Shown in pieces: positions 29,501 to 33,485 of a DNA stretch of 33,485 nt. The notes beneath the pieces are model-generated. The model searched no databases. It saw nothing but the letters and a program-made list of their open reading frames with translations, and was not told where the DNA came from. The stretch comes from a virus. Lineage: Duplodnaviria > Caudoviricetes. The DNA is taken from positions 1 to 33,485 of the IMG/VR virus record IMGVR_UViG_3300032245_001057; one strand, given 5' to 3'. The stretch's first letter is position 1. Each line of letters opens with the position of its first letter. Made by a program: the position numbers and the translations under genes.

Positions 29501-32500
29501 TAGCTTGCTTTAATAATTCATTATTAAGCGGTTCGCTACCTTCCGCCATGCCTCCTGTTACTAAAGCTGATTTTATAAAATTTAATGGATTAGCTTGTGA
29601 TTTTATTTTAGCTTCATCAGTAAAAGCATATTTATTCTTTTTATAATCTTCAAAGTTGCCATAGCCAGCCGCTTTAGCTTTTTCCTCATTACTCATTAAA
29701 CTAGGATTAATAAATTTTTCCACATCTTGTGGATTCATTTGTCCAATTATGTTTCCCAGCCCTTCATTTGGATTTAAGTTTAATTTTTTAATTTCTATAT
29801 CTGTTTTTTTAAGATCATCTATAAATCCGTTAAATGATGACGATAATTGCAATATTTCATCTTGTGTAATTATTGAATCTTTGGAGAATTTTTGAATTTC
29901 TGCATTTAATTTATCTACTGAAACTCCAGCGCCCAACGCTTGTGCTTGCATCTTAAATAGATTATCTTTAAGTTCGTCAGTTACGTCTCCAGCAAAGTTA
30001 GCTGTCTCTTCTACAGTTCGATAAGAATCAGAACCAACATCACCCCCGCCACTTTTTTCACCCAGTAAATACGTTCTTCCAGTTTTTAAAGATTGCCGAA
30101 CAGAAGCTTGTGCTTGTTCCTCGACTTTCTTTTTTCCCTCTGGAGATAATTTATCTAAATTAGTACTAGCTTCGGCTGCGGCTTTTCCAACTCGATCTAA
30201 AGATTCAGCGACTGTTCTATTTATGCCAGATTGCTCATTATAAATCTCAGTTCCAATTTGCCAAGCCGCAGTTAAAGCTCCGATAGCCAATCCAGCAGGA
30301 CCAAGAAATCCAGCAAATTTTGGCAAAGCTGTTCCCAGCCCTTGTAAAGCGAATACCGCTGTAGTTCCCGAAGAAAGACCCTCTGAAACTATATTAGAAT
30401 ATTTACCTACTTTACTTGTAGCGTCAGAAGTGGCTCCGCTCAAAGCTGAAAATCCAGCTTGAAGAGCAAATATTGTTCCAAGCATATCTTTTGAACCCTT
30501 TTCTTTAGGTTCTGAAACTCTTGCCTCCCTAAGTGTTGCAGTTATTCCTGTACCTAGAACTCCTTTTGTAGATTCGATAATAGCTTTTTTCACCAATTCA
30601 TTTTCTTTCTGCATGTCCGATGAAAGGTTATTTGACGCCAAATTTAATTTGGCTAATGTATCTGTATGCTTTTTATAAGCATCTCCATTTACTTTGACTT
30701 TTCCAAGTTTGCTTTCAGTAGCTTTTATATCGGCATCAATTACAGCAATTTGTTTTTTAAGCGCCTGTTCATATTGTTTATCTGCCTCTTCTAAAGCTTT
30801 ACTTCTTGTCATCCCAACATAGGGTGTCAAATTTGAATCTGCATAATTTGGAACAAAACCTCCAGCAGCTCCATACATTTGAGCATTGGCCCCTTCTTTT
30901 CTAGCTCTATTGATACCCTGAAAGCCTCCTGCTGGCTCATCACGGCGATTAGCCACCATAAGGCCCATAGGATTGCCCGAGTTCTTCAGAGAGCTATGCT
31001 GATCAACATAGACCTGACTAGGATCAACTCCTGCGCCAACTTCTCTTGAGATAGCTTCTTTTAATGGATCAGCAAAGTTGGGGATAAAGCCTTTTTGTTT
31101 TACAAGATTTCTTAAACCTTCAGGATTTGCGGCAATTTGTTTTGAGAAAACTTGGAATACTTGATCCATAGATGCGGTTGGTCCAGCAGCACGGTATGCC
31201 TTGTCCACCATAGCGGAAATTCCATTTTCTGAATCAAGAGTATCAAATACTTTTCTTAAAGATATTCCTTTGTTTCCAACTTTAGCAGAAGCTCCAAACT
31301 TTTTCAAGAACATCTCTTGTTCTTGCTTGGAAAAGCCGCTTGTTCCATCTTTGATTCTTTTTAAAGTATCAGTTATGTAACTTTCATTAACAAAATTTGG
31401 GACATAACCAGAAGCTCCATTTACAATCTGAAGATTTCCGCCCATCTCTTTTTTAAGAATATCTAAAAACTCAGGTTGATTTAATGGAGCATATGAAGTG
31501 CCTTTTAATTGAGCCTCTGATCTGAGATCATTGCCTCCAGTTGCGACTCTAGCTTCTCTTCTTCTTTTTATTTCTTCATTATCAACATTTAAATATTTTA
31601 AAGATCCTCCAGAACGTTTGATTGAATCTAGTATCGGTTGAAATTGCTTTGAAATACCAGTAGGCGTTTTAGCTAAACCAGCAGCAGACAATATTGTAAA
31701 TCCAGTTGCTTTCGCCACATCTTCCATAGATTGGATGAATTGACCAATGCCGCCAGCCATTGTCGATTTGCCAGCTCCAGCAGGAGCGAGAATACCATCT
31801 TTTCTTTTTTTAGAAGCTAATATAGCTGGTAAAATAGATGCACGAAGTTCTGCTGGAAGTTTATCTGAATCATAAACATAATTAGCGAAGTTGGGGATAT
31901 AACCTGATGCTGCTTTACCAAAAGCAGATTGACCCTTTTCAACTTTCAATATTTTACCAGCAACTGATGAAATAAGATCTGGCCCAGAATTAGCCTTAGC
32001 CTCTAAGCCTTTAGTTGATTGACCGCTTTGAATTCCAAATAATTCTTTTATTCTTCCATAAGGCTTAAAATCAATCAATGAGCCTCTATCTTGTGAAGAA
32101 AAATCTGAAAAATCTTTATCTTTTAAAATGCCAGCTATTCCCGCTTCAAAAATAGCTCCAGAAGTGCCAGTTAAAGCTCCTTTATTTAATAAGGACTCTA
32201 TAAGTTGTATATTTTCTGGATTTGGAATTTGACCACCAGATAAATCTTTTGCCATTTTTAAAGCAACTGAAGCTGAAACTTTTGATAATTGTTCTGTAAT
32301 TTTAGTGCTTTCTTTAAATTTTAAATTTTTATCATTAATTCTATGAATAGGAACATCAATTAAATATTTACTTGATTCAGTTGGATTTAATGTTATTCTC
32401 CCTTTGTCATCGGCATATCTTGATGCCATTTGACCAGTACCCTTCTCCCCAACAATCATTCCAAAATCAACTCCTCCAGCATTTACTTTAGCTAAATTAC

Positions 32501-33485
32501 CCAAAGATTTAGCTTTAATAGACGAAAGAGCATTCTTAATTTGGCTTTCGGCCATTGTTCCTCCACTTGGAAATTTAAAAGTTTTTGAATTTCCAATCCT
32601 ATATTGTTCTATATTATCGGCATATTGTCTAACTTCAGCTGCTGAAGCCGTTTGTGCAAAATTAGGAATAAACCCATTGGCAGAATTAATTTTCTGAGCA
32701 TTAGATGGCAAACCCATTCTTCCAACCATGTCTCTATTGAAAATAGCAGATCCACCTCCTCCACCATAATTTGGAACAATATGCTCGCCAGTATTAGCAA
32801 CCATAGTCCCCTTTTTCCCGCCACCAAAGTTAAAATTAGGAATAATAACTGGCCTATCTGAAGATCTTGCGCCACCGACACCTTTATTAATATCATTGGC
32901 TTCTGCCATTACTGTTGGCATATAACCACCAGCAGCCCTTGGCTTACCAGCTCCAGTTGTAGCTCCATACACAGCAGGAGCAATTGACGCTGCAATAGTT
33001 CTCATTTTCTCCATTGTAGCCAATTGAGTATTCAAAGCAGTAGAAAAGAACTTCGCTTGGGACAGTCTATCACCTTCTAATGCTAGAATTTGAGTCTGAA
33101 TTGATTTGTTATTTAACAGAGTAGAAGCTATGGTTGATTGAATCGCTCCAATTTCTTTTGCCGCAGAACCAATATTGAAGAATGTTTTTAATGCTGACGC
33201 TCCAAATTGAACAAAATTAATTGATAACTTAGCAATAATTGCTCCAAATAAAAGTAATCCTGGCCCTGATAATATACCGCCAATTCCCTTTACAATACCT
33301 TTTGCAAAATCAGAACCAAGACCTTCTCCTTGAAGAAGATCTTTAACATTTGTAGCAAAACTATTAAAGAATGATAAGATATTTTTTAAACTATCAGTAA
33401 CTCCAATCTCTCCAAGAGTATTAGCTAGTTCTTGAAGATTTACAGTTGCTTCATTAATCGAAGCCGCGAGAGTTTTATTTAATGC
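26559..33485 (-). CDS. Tape measure protein with embedded enzymatic domains, 5'-partial (>=2308 aa)
   Basis: The frame stays open for 150 more codons beyond the track start (33035) to the window edge. Coiled-coil and hydrophobic segments; two D(D/T)VPAML.GGE(Y/F) units typical of TMP C-termini; a 3D domain; followed by tail genes. Confidence 0.85.
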   Translation of the reverse strand, partial: ALNKTLAASINEATVNLQELANTLGEIGVTDSLKNILSFFNSFATNVKDLLQGEGLGSDFAKGIVKGIGGILSGPGLLLFGAIIAKLSINFVQFGASALKTFFNIGSAAKEIGAIQSTIASTLLNNKSIQTQILALEGDRLSQAKFFSTALNTQLATMEKMRTIAASIAPAVYGATTGAGKPRAAGGYMPTVMAEANDINKGVGGARSSDRPVIIPNFNFGGGKKGTMVANTGEHIVPNYGGGGGSAIFNRDMVGRMGLPSNAQKINSANGFIPNFAQTASAAEVRQYADNIEQYRIGNSKTFKFPSGGTMAESQIKNALSSIKAKSLGNLAKVNAGGVDFGMIVGEKGTGQMASRYADDKGRITLNPTESSKYLIDVPIHRINDKNLKFKESTKITEQLSKVSASVALKMAKDLSGGQIPNPENIQLIESLLNKGALTGTSGAIFEAGIAGILKDKDFSDFSSQDRGSLIDFKPYGRIKELFGIQSGQSTKGLEAKANSGPDLISSVAGKILKVEKGQSAFGKAASGYIPNFANYVYDSDKLPAELRASILPAILASKKRKDGILAPAGAGKSTMAGGIGQFIQSMEDVAKATGFTILSAAGLAKTPTGISKQFQPILDSIKRSGGSLKYLNVDNEEIKRRREARVATGGNDLRSEAQLKGTSYAPLNQPEFLDILKKEMGGNLQIVNGASGYVPNFVNESYITDTLKRIKDGTSGFSKQEQEMFLKKFGASAKVGNKGISLRKVFDTLDSENGISAMVDKAYRAAGPTASMDQVFQVFSKQIAANPEGLRNLVKQKGFIPNFADPLKEAISREVGAGVDPSQVYVDQHSSLKNSGNPMGLMVANRRDEPAGGFQGINRARKEGANAQMYGAAGGFVPNYADSNLTPYVGMTRSKALEEADKQYEQALKKQIAVIDADIKATESKLGKVKVNGDAYKKHTDTLAKLNLASNNLSSDMQKENELVKKAIIESTKGVLGTGITATLREARVSEPKEKGSKDMLGTIFALQAGFSALSGATSDATSKVGKYSNIVSEGLSSGTTAVFALQGLGTALPKFAGFLGPAGLAIGALTAAWQIGTEIYNEQSGINRTVAESLDRVGKAAAEASTNLDKLSPEGKKKVEEQAQASVRQSLKTGRTYLLGEKSGGGDVGSDSYRTVEETANFAGDVTDELKDNLFKMQAQALGAGVSVDKLNAEIQKFSKDSIITQDEILQLSSSFNGFIDDLKKTDIEIKKLNLNPNEGLGNIIGQMNPQDVEKFINPSLMSNEEKAKAAGYGNFEDYKKNKYAFTDEAKIKSQANPLNFIKSALVTGGMAEGSEPLNNELLKQANQLIGAYRQKQDAILTDSQALNIEYNKSLALLRGQSQYTKIINELENKALGPNNELLDIANNALLTDKKRSDAIEDSNKKFETQNNLIKNQQTAYEGLRGDLEKTLSGAGLKIEDFDKVFTSISEKTNSFSEDLRKAFANNDFAKIEDISKKIGSSLDGVIGKEGLANDGILKYITSLFAGEKKINDQASLLKTILGITRQISDADKDRNDNLSKRNELIQNSIQLAQQSKDLEIKQFSPDEFAKRKKIAELGQPKLNETSLQALKREAEQAKSQRELQPIDQSRAVQEIQQRYLRNGIQQATSLATKGVDATEVAGITDEIAKATDLEQLRGKYGKEFNDNLDKIIANRNTEIDQLTKSNNLEEKGLSLAEQKLKAIQSGVPGGLESGLTKLRDENEMFAFNLGERIPQLFADNMASAMEGVIMQGKSLGDSLRAAASSFLNEITKAQIKNIAGQFTGGVGTLFKASGGPITGGSGNKDDVPAMLMGGEYVMNKKAVSKYGSGFMEALNNGSISGYARGGPVIRDRGLGSDVINASNVRNQTGKGGFQMPGYYGAGTISGKKNLLSYASQSYTSGAGDIIRGGGDSSYIDLTPESVRLTNFGRNQGPMAAAVKESKKEALGLYFQQLAAEKQAREEEKAQKKAFKTAIISALITSAVSAGVGITKTGFQEGFAKTGTFMGGVKGVGEKFGNVGSSLGSLFSGDFKSASQYYNMATTNFENGVPKALVVNGGSFGESNAATSLNGNFVATAYGSASIDKTTAMDQEKANLGVKGYEGFSQTLGASGRTLEAGKSVASNYFPLGTMLEINGAIYRVDDTGGMGKNVIDFFAGSDKNLYDKFANMGALNIKRLATGGAIPQTSGIDTVPAMLSGGEFIMNAGATRRIGANNLNAMNSGASTDTSSSAINDQLINKIDELIRVTKESSKPVTVNVSSQQGQTSGDNQQDGGSQKDQNLSKKIRDAVVQVLQEEKRLGGVLRRS

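Noticed and set aside
1107-32896. Other short ORFs nested in or antisense to long genes (e.g. 1107-1358, 3773-3997, 15858-16214, 19710-20093, 29020-29232, 32609-32896)
   Set aside because: Lie largely or wholly within well-supported genes and show no recognisable motifs.
33033-33035. Track start of the 2158-aa ORF
   Set aside because: It is an internal TTG; the frame is open to the window end.
1-33485. Stop-codon reassignment
   Set aside because: Genes are full length and tightly packed under the standard code; TAA, TGA and TAG (19777-79) all end genes.

Overview
Fragment of a large, AT-rich tailed-phage genome read with the standard genetic code. From left to right on the minus strand: a DnaG-type primase (missed by the ORF track, runs off the left edge), DnaB helicase, a Vsr/DUF559-like nuclease, a divergent RecA and GDP-mannose 4,6-dehydratase. 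An AT-richer island follows with glycosyl- and methyltransferases: GT4 x2, GT8-like, sugar C-methyltransferase, GT6, GT11 and GT2. Next are a two-domain basic hypothetical protein and a class Id-type ribonucleotide reductase (nrdB, GIY-YIG homing endonuclease, nrdA). A repeat-rich divergent intergenic region (~18290-18635) leads to a plus-strand block: dNMP kinase, sigma-like factor, SSB, GT4, Hsp20 and an FmdB-like protein. A convergent tail module closes the window: two fibre-like paralogs, two tube-like paralogs, a tandem gpM-like protein and a >=2308-aa tape measure protein (TMP) running off the right edge. Most notable are (1) a string of apparent cargo domains in the TMP (PD-(D/E)xK nuclease-like, P-loop kinase, unknown, plus a 3D domain), with the first three delimited by repeated G(F/Y)(I/V)PN(F/Y) motifs; (2) an AGTGTA motif 9-11 nt upstream of five start codons; (3) an adjacent GT11+GT6 pair, the families used for ABO-type antigens; and (4) a sigma54-like promoter before hsp20. 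All family calls come from motif recognition by eye; no searches were run.
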